Assembly: GCF_001194135.2 (NCBI RefSeq)
Contig: NC_068989.1
Span: forward strand, 95,691,518 to 95,755,517
DNA: 64,000 nt
Direction of reading: 5' to 3'
Origin: Octopus bimaculoides
Taxonomy: Eukaryota
The position numbers and the translations under genes were made by a program. Of the stretch, positions 13,131 through 25,996 are shown in pieces (within the stretch, counting starts at the first letter, position 1; every line of letters starts with the position of its first letter). The notes under the pieces were generated by a model. The model worked only from the letters and a program-made list of their open reading frames with translations. It was not told the origin of the DNA and ran no database searches.

Positions 13131-14579
13131 CTGCTTTCTGTAAAATATTTTGACTAACAAAATGATTGTTATATTGAAGTTATTGCATAAGGTACTACTG
13201 AATCTATATTTTAAGATGCAATCATTAATTTAAAAAGTAAGGAGATTTTGCTAAGAATATTGTGACACATTTAGTTTCAATTACAACAAACAGCAAACAA
13301 CAGGTGTCTAAATGTTTGAGATTAATTGTTAAAATGATTAAGTTTCCAACTAATTAACTTCATCTTTACAGGTGAAAAATGGTTTAGTATTTGTATCTAT
13401 AGTACATTTAGATCAGCTTTATCTCTAAATATCATTAAGTGCAAATACGAAAATATCATTTTATCTCAATGAAATGAAGTTATAGTCTAAAAAAAAAAAA
13501 AATTACAGTCATACAAAATAGGTTTTCATTTGAAACTAAATACAGAAACTAATCTGATAAAATTCTGATTTTCTCTGTTCTTGTCTAAGAGAATACACAA
13601 ACATTAAATATGGCAATATGGTCGAACTGTTACATGTGATATTGGTTGTGGTTCAAGATAGGCTGTAAATGTAATTTACTACACATTCTCTGAATACATC
13701 AACTCCACTGGGGTAATGGCAGTCAATGTTTACAGGTTGATACTGTTGTTTTATTGCATCTTCAAGTAAATTCAGTGTAATTGTACTAAGATGCATAACA
13801 ACAAAGACCAAACACAGATGGCATATGTAGGCTGATGCACTTTACTTTAGTTTCAAGCAAAAACAATTCAAATCTTTTTTTATTGTTTCATAAAGAGAGA
13901 AGAAAATCTTTATATGTCAGCAATATAACCATCATTCAATTTTTGTTCATTTTTTTTTTATTTTATGCTTCATGTTTATATACAATATTCCTATTAGAAT
14001 GAAGAAAAAATGTAAACTATTTCATAAAATGACTGCATAACTATCAAGTGAAAGTATATAAAAGTGTCCTTGAAGTTAAACCATAAGAAAAAAGTTTCTA
14101 TAGTATGAGAAAATACGACTAATATAGTAAAACCAGATAAATCATTAAGCATATTGTTTAGCTGGTATTTAAAAGAAAAATCAACAAATAATACACAGAA
14201 ATGGTCTTGTTATGAGAAGGGAAACTAATACTGCTTATTGTCGTAAAATAGGATTTTATTTTGACATGTTTCACTAATGCACTACATTTGATATTTTCTA
14301 AATCTTTTTCTTGTTCAAGAGATACACAAACATTTTAAAGAAGCCTTTTACTTATGAGAAGAAAAATTTATTGATAAAATATATTTGTTTATATATTCAC
14401 ACACACATATATATTTTCCTTTTCTATAAGAAAGAAAGATATTTATAACTCACTGTTGGAAGTAACTAGTTATGTGTATGTAACAAAATTGAATATACTG
14501 TTCTTATCAAAATTAGATATGACTATAATCCCAAAATCAGATCAAATTCATAATTATGAATAATAAATGTCTCACTCTT

Positions 14580-14608
14580 CCTCACCTAAACAAAAGAAAA
14601 AAAATTAG
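14580..14608 (-). other. Candidate recursive splice site (3'ss fused to 5'ss)
   Basis: Minus strand reads GA-CTAAT-TTTTTTTCTTTTGTTTAG|GTGAGG, with a downstream donor CA|GTGAGT at 14453. Confidence 0.4.
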
Positions 14609-14762
14609 TCAAAATTTCCAATTCTCCTTCTTGATAAAATTAAAGCCCAAAACTGACCAAAATACAGGATGATATCATAAAAGGCATAGTTGATTTTCTA
14701 CTCACCATATAAAGTAATCCAATTAACAATACACCACACTTAAGAAATCACATTGAGCATGT

Positions 14763-14996
14763 TTAATCCTTTAAATTACTCTGCCAAATGCAAAGCTTAT
14801 TTATTCATATTGTTTTGAATTAATCTTGCATTGTTTCATAAGCTTTGAGATTTTGATGATGCTATTGTCAATTTTTAGAACTATTTTTAGAATGGCATTG
14901 TAGGGTAGGTGTGAGATGTTAGATCAGACCAGTTTGAACATAAAACAAGCAGAATATTTGGGCTGTACAAGGCTGGTTTAAATGCTAAATGGTTAA
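14763..14996 (+). mobile_element. TTAA-ended MITE-like element (piggyBac-like ends)
   Basis: Starts TTAATCCTTTA, ends AATGCTAAATGGTTAA (degenerate terminal inverted repeats with TTAA). A second copy lies at 988-1204. Confidence 0.6.
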
Positions 14997-15864
14997 ATAA
15001 CCAAATCAATGTTTATGGTCTAATATTCACTTGTATGTTGAAGAAAATCATTGTAGAAGTTTGCTTTAAGGGATTGCAAACATACATCATGGCTGATTAG
15101 CAACTCAGCATTTTTAATCATTGTTAATACAAAGACTTTCCACAACTATGTATTTGCTATCTCTGACTACACATCATCAGTATCATACACACACACATAC
15201 ATACACATTACATATTAATGAGTGTGTCTACGTACACACACACACATTTGTATATATGTAATGAATTCCTTGGATAGTGAAGGGAATCATGATATGATCT
15301 TCATTAATTTCAATGGCTCAAGTTATTATGCGAAATATCCTAGCAACTTAACTTCATTATTGATGCTTCATAATAACTCTAGGGGTAAAAGATACTAAAC
15401 TGCACAGCAGGAATAATACAAAGTAAATCATTAAAATTAAATTGATTATATTGTTTGGCAGGTATTAAAAAAAATTGCAAAATGCATATAATTCAGCTAA
15501 TTGTACAAGGAAATTAATAGTGCTCATTGCTTTAAAATAGAAATTTATTTTGACATGTTGAACTCAGAAGATAAATGCTGGCATTTGTTCTGACTCTTTA
15601 CATCCTGAGTTCAAATTCCATGGAGATCAACTGGCCTTTTGCCACCCCGACTCCAAGGAGTTGATAAAATTAAGAATTAATTCAGAAATATGGTCAATTT
15701 AATTAACCCTTCCCCTCTCAATTTTATACAGTACACTTTTGTTTAAAACATTTTCAATGTAATAAGATTCATTACTTTTTTGATTGACGACTTTTTGTTT
15801 ACTCATATTCCCAGAGATTTGCACATGTAAACAATTGTACACACACACACACACACACACACAC

Positions 15865-15995
15865 ACTATGAGCTTTGTCCAGTTTCCATCACCTAACTTC
15901 ACAAAACATTGGCTCATCCAGAACTAAGGTAGGACTGAATCTGAAAGCATGTGGTTGTGAAGCAAGTTTCTTCACCATGCAGCCTGGCCTGCACC
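15865..15995 (-). mobile_element. Decayed tRNA-derived SINE head
   Basis: CAGTTTCCATC...GGACTGAATCTGAAAGCATGTGGTTGTGAAGCAAGTTTCTTCACCATGCAGCC. Confidence 0.55.
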
Positions 15996-17184
15996 TATTT
16001 AGTTATATAATTTCATATAATCCAGTAACGTATTTTTGAACAATTATTGAAAATATGACTTAGTAATAAAACTTATAAAACAATTCCATCTCTAAATTCA
16101 ATCTTAAAATATATATGATGATTGTTTAAGTTGTTGAAATAGATAACAAAATATACCAAGTACAATATTTAGATATAAAATAAAAGATATTTGGCAAAAT
16201 ATTTGAACAAGCAGGTTCTAGAACTTACAAAGTAAAGAAACTCAAATTAAAAAGTTATATAAATTGATTATTATATTTATATGCCTTAATAAAACAAAAA
16301 ACAAATGCTTTTATTTTTGATACAAAGCAGACTGGGATGGATATGCAACATTGTTCTTGTTTACTCATTTATATATAACTACAATGCTAGGCAAAGAAGA
16401 AGATAGCAAAAAATTAAAAAATGGAATTAAACTATATATACAAAATAGAAGAAAAGTTTTTTCATCTTTATTTTTTCACTGAAGAAAAGAAATAACTAAA
16501 TTAATCGATAAAAACAAAGTTTTTTTACATAATTTTCTTTTTATTAAACTACCTTTCAGACAGACAGTCAATAGCCAGAGAAATATTGCATACGATAAAA
16601 TTTTAAAAGAATACATAAAAAAGATAAAAGGGAGATATAATAAGCAATTAAAAGTTTTTTTTTTATTTATTTACTTTATAAAAAAGATAAGCCTTCAAAA
16701 TTAGTTAATTCTTTCTCAATAATAATAATAATTGAACTAAATGGACTTTAAAAAAAAAACATTTATTTAGTAAAAAAACAAATCTTTCATCATGAGGATT
16801 GGCACTGCTATTTGTCACAAAAGATAGGATTATTGATTGTTGGAGGTTTGAAGAAGAAGTCAGGTTCAATAAAGTATAGAAAAAATAGTATGTGAAGTTT
16901 TCATTTATTTATCTTTGTATACAAATATCTGAAGGACACAAAGAAAATCACTTTACAGGGTTACATAAAAATAAAGTGGCTATGTATAATTGATCATGGC
17001 TTTTATATCATAGAAGATCAATATAAACTTTCTTTTTACTTGCCCAAAGTACAGATTTAAATTCAAGAGCATTTGGAAAACAAAAGTTTAGAGCTCTTAA
17101 ACATTTTTATTATTTCATTGTTTTTTTTTTTTTGTTCTTTTACTTTTTTTTTTCATGTGCTCATCTGTTAGAAAACAGCCCCCA

Positions 17185-17420
17185 TCTAATTCATGCACTT
17201 GTGTCACTAGCCAACTAAAGAGCCATTGCATGGTCATTTGACCTGCTGGAAGCAGCAGTCAAATCTCCCTAAAATCACATATATCTACTATTTTAAAAGA
17301 ACTTATTCAATAAAATAGTCAAAAGCAAATGTCTAAATAGATGGGATTACCATGGAGAGAATGTTTTTAGCATAGGTCTATCAGTGAGATTAGGTCAGAC
17401 CTGGTGTTAAACAAGCAAAA
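17185..17420 (+). mobile_element. Unclassified interspersed repeat ending GACCTGG(G/T)GTTAAAC
   Basis: Similar bodies and ends at 19045-19225 and 53700-53892, and a reverse copy near 29990-30170. Confidence 0.45.
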
Positions 17421-17934
17421 CTATGAAAATGAAGAGCAAGATATGAAATTCCAATATCAAGAAAAGTCAAAACGTTGGAATGTTACTTCGCCTACCTAGT
17501 CCAAAATAGATACGAATCCCAGGAATGGAGCTTTTTCTTAACCTAGAAGCTCCATTACTCCATATTACTCTATAAGTGAAAAATCTGAAGAGTGTAGTAC
17601 CAACTCTAGAACATAAGTGCTGTATGTGCCAAGCGTGAATGAAATCAAATGAAAAATATTGATTTTAATGAGGTTCAATTAAATAGCCTGTCACACACAC
17701 ACACACACACACACACACATCTTCTGTCTTATTTATTATAGATGAACATCACAAATTATGTTTTCTAATTCCTTGTAATCAACAGGGTTAATTTCTACTT
17801 GACATGAGAAGACAAACATGATAAACTAAGGACAAATGTGACTGTTATGCAAATATTTATGAATCATGATCATGATCATTTTAATACTTTCTTTTCCATA
17901 CTTGCATCGATCAGATAGTTTTATTGAGAAAGAA

Positions 17935-18070
17935 TTACTATGGCCAGAAGCCCTTTCTGTTACTAACCCTCACTTGTTTCCAAGCAAGATAATATTTCCC
18001 CATGGCCAGATGATTCTGGCAGAATATTGGAAATGAATGACGCTGCTTGTATGATAATGGTACTCAATCA
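17935..18070 (-). mobile_element. Variant LINE/SINE 3' region sharing the RTE-type tail
   Basis: AACCCTCACTTGTTTCCAAGCAAGATAATATTTCCCCATGGCCAGA. Related copies at 33215-33445 (+), 49255-49455 (-) and 58920-59060 (-). Confidence 0.6.
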
Positions 18071-18119
18071 CATAATGTCAAGGCAAAAAGATATGTACAC
18101 ACATTACATACATGCATGT

Positions 18120-18270
18120 ACAAAACAGGCTTTTTTTCAGTTTCCATCTACCAAATACACTCACAGGGCTTTGGCTGGGGCTATAGTAGAAGGCACTTGC
18201 CCAAGGTGCCATGTAGTGGATCTGAACTCAAAACCAAGTGGTTGGGAAGCAAACTTCTGAACCACAAAGC
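18120..18270 (-). mobile_element. tRNA-derived SINE head (decayed)
   Basis: CAGTTTCCATCTACCAAATACACTCACAGGGCTTTGGCTGGGGCTATAGTAGAAGGCACTTGCCCAAGGTGCC. Confidence 0.75.
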
Positions 18271-19044
18271 CAAATAAATTACTCAATACCAAACACATTT
18301 TAAAAGTATATTGGACAATGCATTTACAACAATTTTATACAAATGATCATATAACTTGAATTTTTCCAAGTATGCTTAGGAAAAACTTTCAAAAATATAT
18401 TTAAACAAGTTATATAAATATATTTAAACAGGTTATATAAACTAGTGTTAATTCACTTCTTCCACATGATAAAAATTATATTATATCAAATAGATATGTA
18501 AAAAGAATTCCAAACATGCAAATCTATTAGAAAATAATTAAACAAACATTAATTAAATTTGGAACACAGAATTAGCTTCATAAAAATTTTCTAAAATTAC
18601 TTCCATCAATCAACTTCCTATGTGTGAACGAGCTATAAAGAAGATGAAATTTGAAAAAGTGAGATCTATAATATAAAACATATTCTTTATAGAAATCTTT
18701 TGTTTGAGTTATTTAAAGAACACAAGCAACTATTGTAGAAATTCAAATATAACTTAATGAAAGAATAGAGCCACCAATTGAGCAAAATTGTTTGTTAAGC
18801 TAGACGAAACAGCATTGCCTTTTAAATATAATGATCTGGAGGGAAGAAAAGAAAGAGATTTTAGGATTAGAGTAAAGGAGGATTAGAAAATTGAATTGGG
18901 GGGGGTTCCCCCCTTTCCTGAAGGAAAGCAATTTAAGTAAAGCAATATGACATGAGTGGGAACCAATTTGTTCAGAGAACAGCAACAGTAACAGGAGGGA
19001 TGTTATTTAACAGTTGATATACAAAAGCAACCTAAGCCAAAAAG

Positions 19045-19225
19045 GGAACTTGTGTGGTTACTTGACCCACTGGACAGAGTAGGCAAATCTCTCTCAAAAA
19101 TACACCATGTCATCATGAAAAAGAATGTATAATGTTACATGATGGGACAGTCATTGCCAGTAAGTCTTTGATGATAAGTCTAATCTGTTGATGCTAACCT
19201 GGGGGTTAAACATCAACAAAAAACT
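19045..19225 (+). mobile_element. Unclassified interspersed repeat (same family as 17185)
   Basis: GTGGTTACTTGACCCACTGG...AAATCTCTCTC...AACCTGGGGGTTAAACATC. Confidence 0.4.
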
Positions 19226-19913
19226 ACAATCAGAAGCAGCATCAGTTTCATTGCTGTGTGATTAAAAAACTGACAAGTATCTAGATACACAGCACACTCT
19301 AAAATATTAACTGATACTAAAATATAACAATTGCATATTTCAAGCAGGGATCACATCACATTTTCATTTCCTCTAAACAATTCCCAAATTTGAGTATCCA
19401 CTCCTACTACTCACAGAAAGACTTAATCTGAAGCTATGTTTTTTCTTTTTTTCCAAGATTCCTTAAGCTACAATTTTGTTCTAATTTTCTAATTTTCAAG
19501 AGCATCCACATATTTTGACATCATCTTAGGTGGTTAGAAATAATTAACCTTTAAAAAGTATTATAAAATGGCATAAATGGATAATTATCATCATTGGCAG
19601 TGGTGACAACATCATTCTACATTCACTTTCCATACTGGCTTCAGATGGATAAATTTCATGGTGGTCCTTGGAATAGATATTTGGTGTTTCTGCCTTTCCA
19701 TATAGATCAAGTGATTACATCCTGCTTGTACTTTTTATTTGCTATCATTTCTACAGCTGAATACCCTCCCTAGCACCACCCACTTTACTGAATGTAATGT
19801 AGTAATTATATTTATCAAAATAAAAAATAAAGCTTTAAGATTACATTTGTGCAAAGTTTCTTTTAATTTCTTACAAAGCAATCATGTTATTTATCAGATA
19901 TGACTATTGTCAG

Positions 19914-19917
<4 letters not shown>

Positions 19918-19992
<75 letters not shown>
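19918..19992. repeat. (CA)n microsatellite
   Basis: Direct inspection. Confidence 0.95.
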
Positions 19993-19999
<7 letters not shown>

Positions 20000-21534
20000 T
20001 TAACTTTTTTAAAAGGATGGCTATCTCCAGAGAGCATCTTTGCTTTTATGTTGCCTTAATTCAATCAAACCAGTAAATTTTTAGAACTTGCTTGAATAAT
20101 TAATATAATTTTCAAGAAATCCATTACATTTTGGCTTAACAATCAAACTAGTCCCTGAAGTAATTGTCTGAGGATCTTGATCTCAAGGTGGGGGGGGGGG
20201 ATGGTTAAGGATACAAGCTGGCCCTAAATTTTTAGTAACCAGGTAGAGGAAATCATGACTAAGTTGATTTGACAAATACATTTGAGAGTTTGGTACAGAC
20301 TATGTAACTGATCTTCCAGCATTGTATACAAATTTAGAAATGTCAAAATTTAGACAGGTCTCCTACAAATTGAGTGGTACTAACAAAGGGTACTGTAGGG
20401 ATATTTCAAGTGTGCTGTTTTTATATAACAATAATGAGCCACTTCTGAATTAGAGTGAAAACCTGTGTTAAAATGTATATCCGTTTAAACACACACACAC
20501 ACACCCACACCTAAATATACACTATACTATTGTTGGCCAAGTCTGAGACTAAGAAACTTCTCTTGATCAAACAAAGGATGTAGTCACAAGATGGTAGACA
20601 ACAGAAGCAATAAACTTTATTTGTTTCCTTGGTTCCAGAATACTCTATCAATGCAAAAAAAGTATAATTTTGAAAAGAACACATTGCACCAATAATTAGC
20701 TGAAAGCCACTGTCTTTGGTCAACAGAAATGAGTTGTTTTTCTGTATAACAATGGTTGGTTAAATACATAGCATGAATGACTTATCAAAGACATTCAGGA
20801 GATAAAGTTTTGAGACACTTCCACCTGTTCAAGCATTACAGTGTTTTCCTACAACATAAAAAGTTCTTAAAATGGGTAACCACTAATGAGTATTTCAATA
20901 AATTAAAGTAGCTTAAAAACTAATTCTGTTTGAAACTTGACAAATACAACAAAACAAATGCAATGAAACTTAACCTATCAAAAACAAAAACAAAAAGATG
21001 GACATCAACCACTGTCCTAAATGAAGCACTTTTGCAATAGCTATTAGTGTGCAACAGTCTACTTGAAACACCAAAAATAAATTAAACTTTTTTCACTTCA
21101 CTACCTCAGTTATTTTATTAGCTAAAATAGCATCTGTCGTATACACAATTCCTGGTGTGGACATATTTTATCACATTATTCTTTGGTTGTATACAAAAAA
21201 CAATTCCATGAAACAAGCTACTCAAAAAAGAAAGTATATTCTATATATTTTAACAAGACAGCAAAATATATATTTCAGTAATCTTTTCTGAGAATAAACA
21301 ATTTTCCAAAGAATTCTAAAACATAACAGACTGACAATATATATCAAATGCACAGTTACTACTGTTTTTGTAAAACAAAAACATTATACAAACAACTGGA
21401 TTCTTATTATGCTAGTCAAAATATTAACTTACACCTATGACATTATATATATATATATATATATAAACAAATGCAGGTACACATACAAGCATAAATATAC
21501 ATACATATATGTGTGTGTATATATATATATATAT

Positions 21535-22764
21535 CATCATCATCATCATCGTTTAACGTCCGCTTTCCATGTTAGCATGGGTTGGACGATTTGACTGAGG
21601 ACTGGTGAAACCGGATGGCAACACCAGGCTCCAGTCTGATTTGGCAGAGTTTCTACAGCTGGATGCCCTTCCTAACGCCAACCACTCAGAGAGTGTAGTG
21701 GGTGCTTTTACGTGTCACCCGCACGAAAACGGCCACGCTCGAAATGGTGTCTTTTATGTGCCACCCGCACAAGCCAGTCCAGGGGCACTGGCAACGATCT
21801 CGCTCGAAAATCCTACGGGAGCCAGTCAGGCGGTACTGGCAACGGCCACGCTCAAAATGGTGCATCTCATGTNNNNNNNNNNNNNNNNNNNNNNNNNNNN
21901 NNNNNNNNNNNNNNNNNNNNNNNNNNNNNNNNNNNNNNNNNNNNNNNNNNNNNNNNNNNNNNNNNNNNNNNNNNNNNNNNNNNNNNNNNNNNNNNNNNNN
22001 NNNNNNNNNNNNNNNNNNNNNNNNNNNNNNNNNNNNNNNNNNNNNNNNNNNNNNNNNNNNNNNNNNNNNNNNNNNNNNNNNNNNNNNNNNNNNNNNNNNN
22101 NNNNNNNNNNNNNNNNNNNNNNNNNNNNNNNNNNNNNNNNNNNNNNNNNNNNNNNNNNNNNNNNNNNNNNNNNNNNNNNNNNNNNNNNNNNNNNNNNNNN
22201 NNNNNNNNNNNNNNNNNNNNNNNNNNNNNNNNNNNNNNNNNNNNNNNNNNNNNNNNNNNNNNNNNNNNNNNNNNNNNNNNNNNNNNNNNNNNNNNNNNNN
22301 NNNNNNNNNNNNNNNNNNNNNNNNNNNNNNNNNNNNNNNNNNNNNNNNNNNNNNNNNNNNNNNNNNNNNNNNNNNNNNNNNNNNNNNNNNNNNNNNNNNN
22401 NNNNNNNNNNNNNNNNNNNNNNNNNNNNNNNNNNNNNNNNNNNNNNNNNNNNNNNNNNNNNNNNNNNNNNNNNNNCGGAAGCTATCGACTACCTCTAGTT
22501 TTTCACCCTGGAATGAGATAGAAGTTGTTTCCTGTTTGTTTACAGTCTTTATTGCACCTGAACATCTGCCACAAACAAAAACTAACTTGCTAGTTAACCT
22601 GCCTTTGATGTTGCTGCACCTCTTATGTGTCCATAGCTTGCACCGGGTACATCTTATAGAGTTACTACCTACTCCTTTTCTACATACTGAGCAGGGCCAT
22701 CTACCTGAAGGGGTTTGTGTTTTATCTACCTTCCTACTTATTAGGATTTTGGATTTTGGTTTTT

Positions 22765-22766
<2 letters not shown>
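21535..22766 (-). mobile_element. Young 5'-truncated RTE-clade LINE (RT with PHD-finger insert; middle is an N gap)
   Basis: Stop-free KILISRKVDKTQTPSGRWPCSVCRKGVGSNSIRCTRCKLWTHKRCSNIKGRLTSKLVFVCGRC...EKLEVVDSF at 22476-22766. The 3' UTR and (ATG)n tail lie at 21535-21872, with (TA)n on both sides. Confidence 0.85.
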
Positions 22767-22802
<36 letters not shown>

Positions 22803-22820
22803 CACACATATATATAAATA

Positions 22821-23585
22821 ACAGCTATACTACATGGAAGTGTGACATAGGCTGTGACTACTGAGGACATGTGAATGCTTGAAAGAAATGAAGCCATCAC
22901 ATTCACTGGATGGGTAATGTTAGTGTGCGTGTACAACAGAGTATAAGTGATTTGAGAGAAAAATTGGGTATACGAGGCATCAGATGTAGTGTGCAAGAGA
23001 GAAGCTACACTGGTGTGGTCATATGATGCATATAGATGAAGACAGCTACATCAAAAAGTGTCAATCTCTAATTGTGGATAGAACATGTGGAAGAGATAAA
23101 CCAAGGAAAATGTAGGACAAAGTGGTAAGAAAAGAATATTCAGTTATTGGATTTCACAGACGAGATAGCAAGAGACCAAGACTTTTGCAGTGCTTGAGAG
23201 GACACATCAAGATAAGTAAAACTGTAGCTGTCCCTGCAAGCATGTCCTTTACATCCCTTTCTCAGCCAAGAGATCCTCGTCTTGTGCACTCTTGGGTGCT
23301 GGTACCATCTGAAAACACCTATGTTGGTGTCACATAAAAGCATCCATGTTGGTGCCACATTAAAGTGCCTGTACCAGTGCTTTGAAAAAGCACCTGCACT
23401 GATGCCACATTGTACAATCTGTAAAGTGGCTGGCATTAGGAAAGGCATCTTGCCATAGAAACCATGCCAAAACAGACAAATGGAGAGCAGGCAACTCCCT
23501 GGCTGGCCCAGTTCCTGTTAAACTCTCCAACCCGTACTAACATAGAGATCAAACATAATATCATGATGATGACGATGATGATGTT
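22821..23585 (+). mobile_element. Older decayed RTE LINE 3' portion
   Basis: TAILHGSVT*AVTTED..LERNEA..WMGNVSV..LREKLGIRGIRCSVQER..DEDSYIKKCQSLIVDRTCGRDKPRK with stops and frameshifts, then 3' UTR and (GAT)n. Confidence 0.85.
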
Positions 23586-24987
23586 ATGTATATATTAAGA
23601 ATTATCTCCCCAGATGCCGCAGTGAATTCAGCAAATAAACAAAATACATAGATTGTGTACATGTGATTCATCACCACCATCACTGTCATCATCATTTAAT
23701 GCCCGCTTTCCATGTGCGCGCGTGCGTGTGTGTGTGTGTGTCTCAAAGATGACAGTTGGTATAAAATATTAGATTATAACAAAATTTTTTAAATGTTTAA
23801 TTGATCTCTTTTTATGAGAATAATCTTGCTTAGATATTTTTCCTGAATGAAAATGGCGAGCTTGAAAGACAGTGTAACAATATATAGTAGAAGGTTGAGT
23901 ATCTCAAGATTTAGAGTTGGTCCTATTCTATATTTAAGTCATGCATGCAAAGGTCTTACTCCTGTCTCTCATCAGCTTTTTTTTTTTTTCTGAATTTTCT
24001 CATAGATAAACTTTCTTCATTCTGCTATCTTTTCTTCCAAAAATTTTTCTCAATTGAGATTTGTTTTATTATACATTTCATGTTACTTTACATATAATCA
24101 ACACACACACACACACACACAAAGACAAGAAAAACTGTGTGTAAGTAAGTTCAGTGTTTTTACAGCCTAATTGCTTTGAATCATGGATATGTTTTAACAT
24201 TAGTTCACATTTTATAAAAACTGGGAAGTAAAGTATTGAAATGATGTGAACCACATTTAAGTTTTGTGTAGGTTTCCTGATAATCAATTATTTAAATTGA
24301 GATGCTTAACAAAATGCTTTTCCACCAAATGAATATATACTTGACAGAATTAGTGATTTTTTTACTATGCTTTATATGATGAAAGGTAGTGCAGAATTAT
24401 AGTAAACGGTACTAAACTAAAAGTAGACTTTAGTTTGAAACAATTTATAAAAGACCTGAGATTATCAAAGAAAAGTAGCAGTAGACAGCTGAAGGAAAGC
24501 TATTTGCAATACCTCTTCTAGCTAAGTCAATATAGAAAGAAGCAAAATAAATGTGCTATTCGTTTTCTGCTTTCGGTTATTGGACTGCAACCAAGATGGA
24601 GCATCATTTTTGAAGGTTTTAATCAATTATATAGATTTCAGGACTTAATCTGGTAGTCTTTTTATCAACTTAACTTTGTTGAATGATTAAGTTTACTCAT
24701 TAAGTTGCTTTCCATTAGTGACATAAATACCACAAGGTATTTACACACACACACACACTTAAGAAGATGGCTTTGCAGTTATGAACTGCTTTTTATCCCA
24801 CTTTGTAGCATCTTAGACAAGGGTTAACCCAACTCTTGTGAGCGAAAATGGATAGATGGAAATTGTGAAGAAGCCTAACAGATGGATTGTACTTATGATG
24901 AAAAAGTTTTATTTTCTGGTAATTCGCTGGGAGAATTATGTCGAATGTATATGTACCTAACGAGTTGGTAGTTCATTTGGTTGATGA

Positions 24988-25024
<37 letters not shown>

Positions 25025-25056
25025 NNNNNNNNNNNNNNNNNNNNNNNNNNNNNNNN

Positions 25057-25103
<47 letters not shown>

Positions 25104-25384
25104 TGTGCATACGTTAAGTTTCTACAGAGTGACTATTTACCAATTATCAACTGGTCAACTGTAGGCTATAGAAGAAGACATTCACTTATCCTTAACTTGG
25201 AACTGCATGGTTGTGAGGTAGACTTCTAAACCAAACAGGCAAGCCTGCACCAGCTATATATTTAATATAAACAATGTTTACAACAATCAAATATACATTT
25301 CTATTACATAGCTAAAAATAAAAAAAAAACACAACCTTAAAATGATCAACTGTAGTTCAAACTCATATATACATATATATATAG

Positions 25385-25468
<84 letters not shown>
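25385..25468. repeat. (GATA)n microsatellite
   Basis: Direct inspection. Confidence 0.95.
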
Positions 25469-25702
25469 GTAGTATTTTTAAATCTTTGATGGCTTTGTCT
25501 TTCCCACTTGGCTATTGATTTATCTAAAATGTTTTTTTTTTTTCAATCAGCTATTCTCAACAAAAGTAATAAGAATGAAAGGAAAAGAGATAGAAAGCAA
25601 ACACTAGAATGGTACAGGGAACAATTTTCAAGAAAGAAGGAGCACTTGTCATAAATACTCTTTCTACAGATTTTTATTTATTTTTTATTAATGTTATTTA
25701 TA

Positions 25703-25762
<60 letters not shown>

Positions 25763-25915
25763 TTATGTTTGACTTTTGTTTTGCATTTGTACAAGTTGGA
25801 TCCAAGTCTCACCCAGAGACCTCAAGAGACAACAAGTTAGAAGTTCATGTAGGTGTTATGCCTAGGGTACCATATATTTGGATTTGTACAGTTTTGTTCA
25901 AGTGAATGTTTAAGA

Positions 25916-25996
<81 letters not shown>
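25703..25996. repeat. Two (ATT)n arrays enclosing a ~152-bp unique module
   Basis: (ATT)n at 25703-25762 and 25916-25996; module at 25763-25915. Confidence 0.85.

Noticed and set aside
21605-22996. Longest ORFs in the track (297-436 aa), and likewise those at 10457-11923, 28547-29000 and 53093-53709
   Set aside because: Their length comes from N runs and (TA)n translation; only 22476-22766 is real coding-derived (RTE) sequence.
22476-23585. Head-to-head RTE fragments as a twin-priming 5' inversion
   Set aside because: The minus fragment is stop-free and has its own 3' tail at 21535, while the plus fragment is heavily decayed, so they are different ages. A (TA)n spacer separates them.
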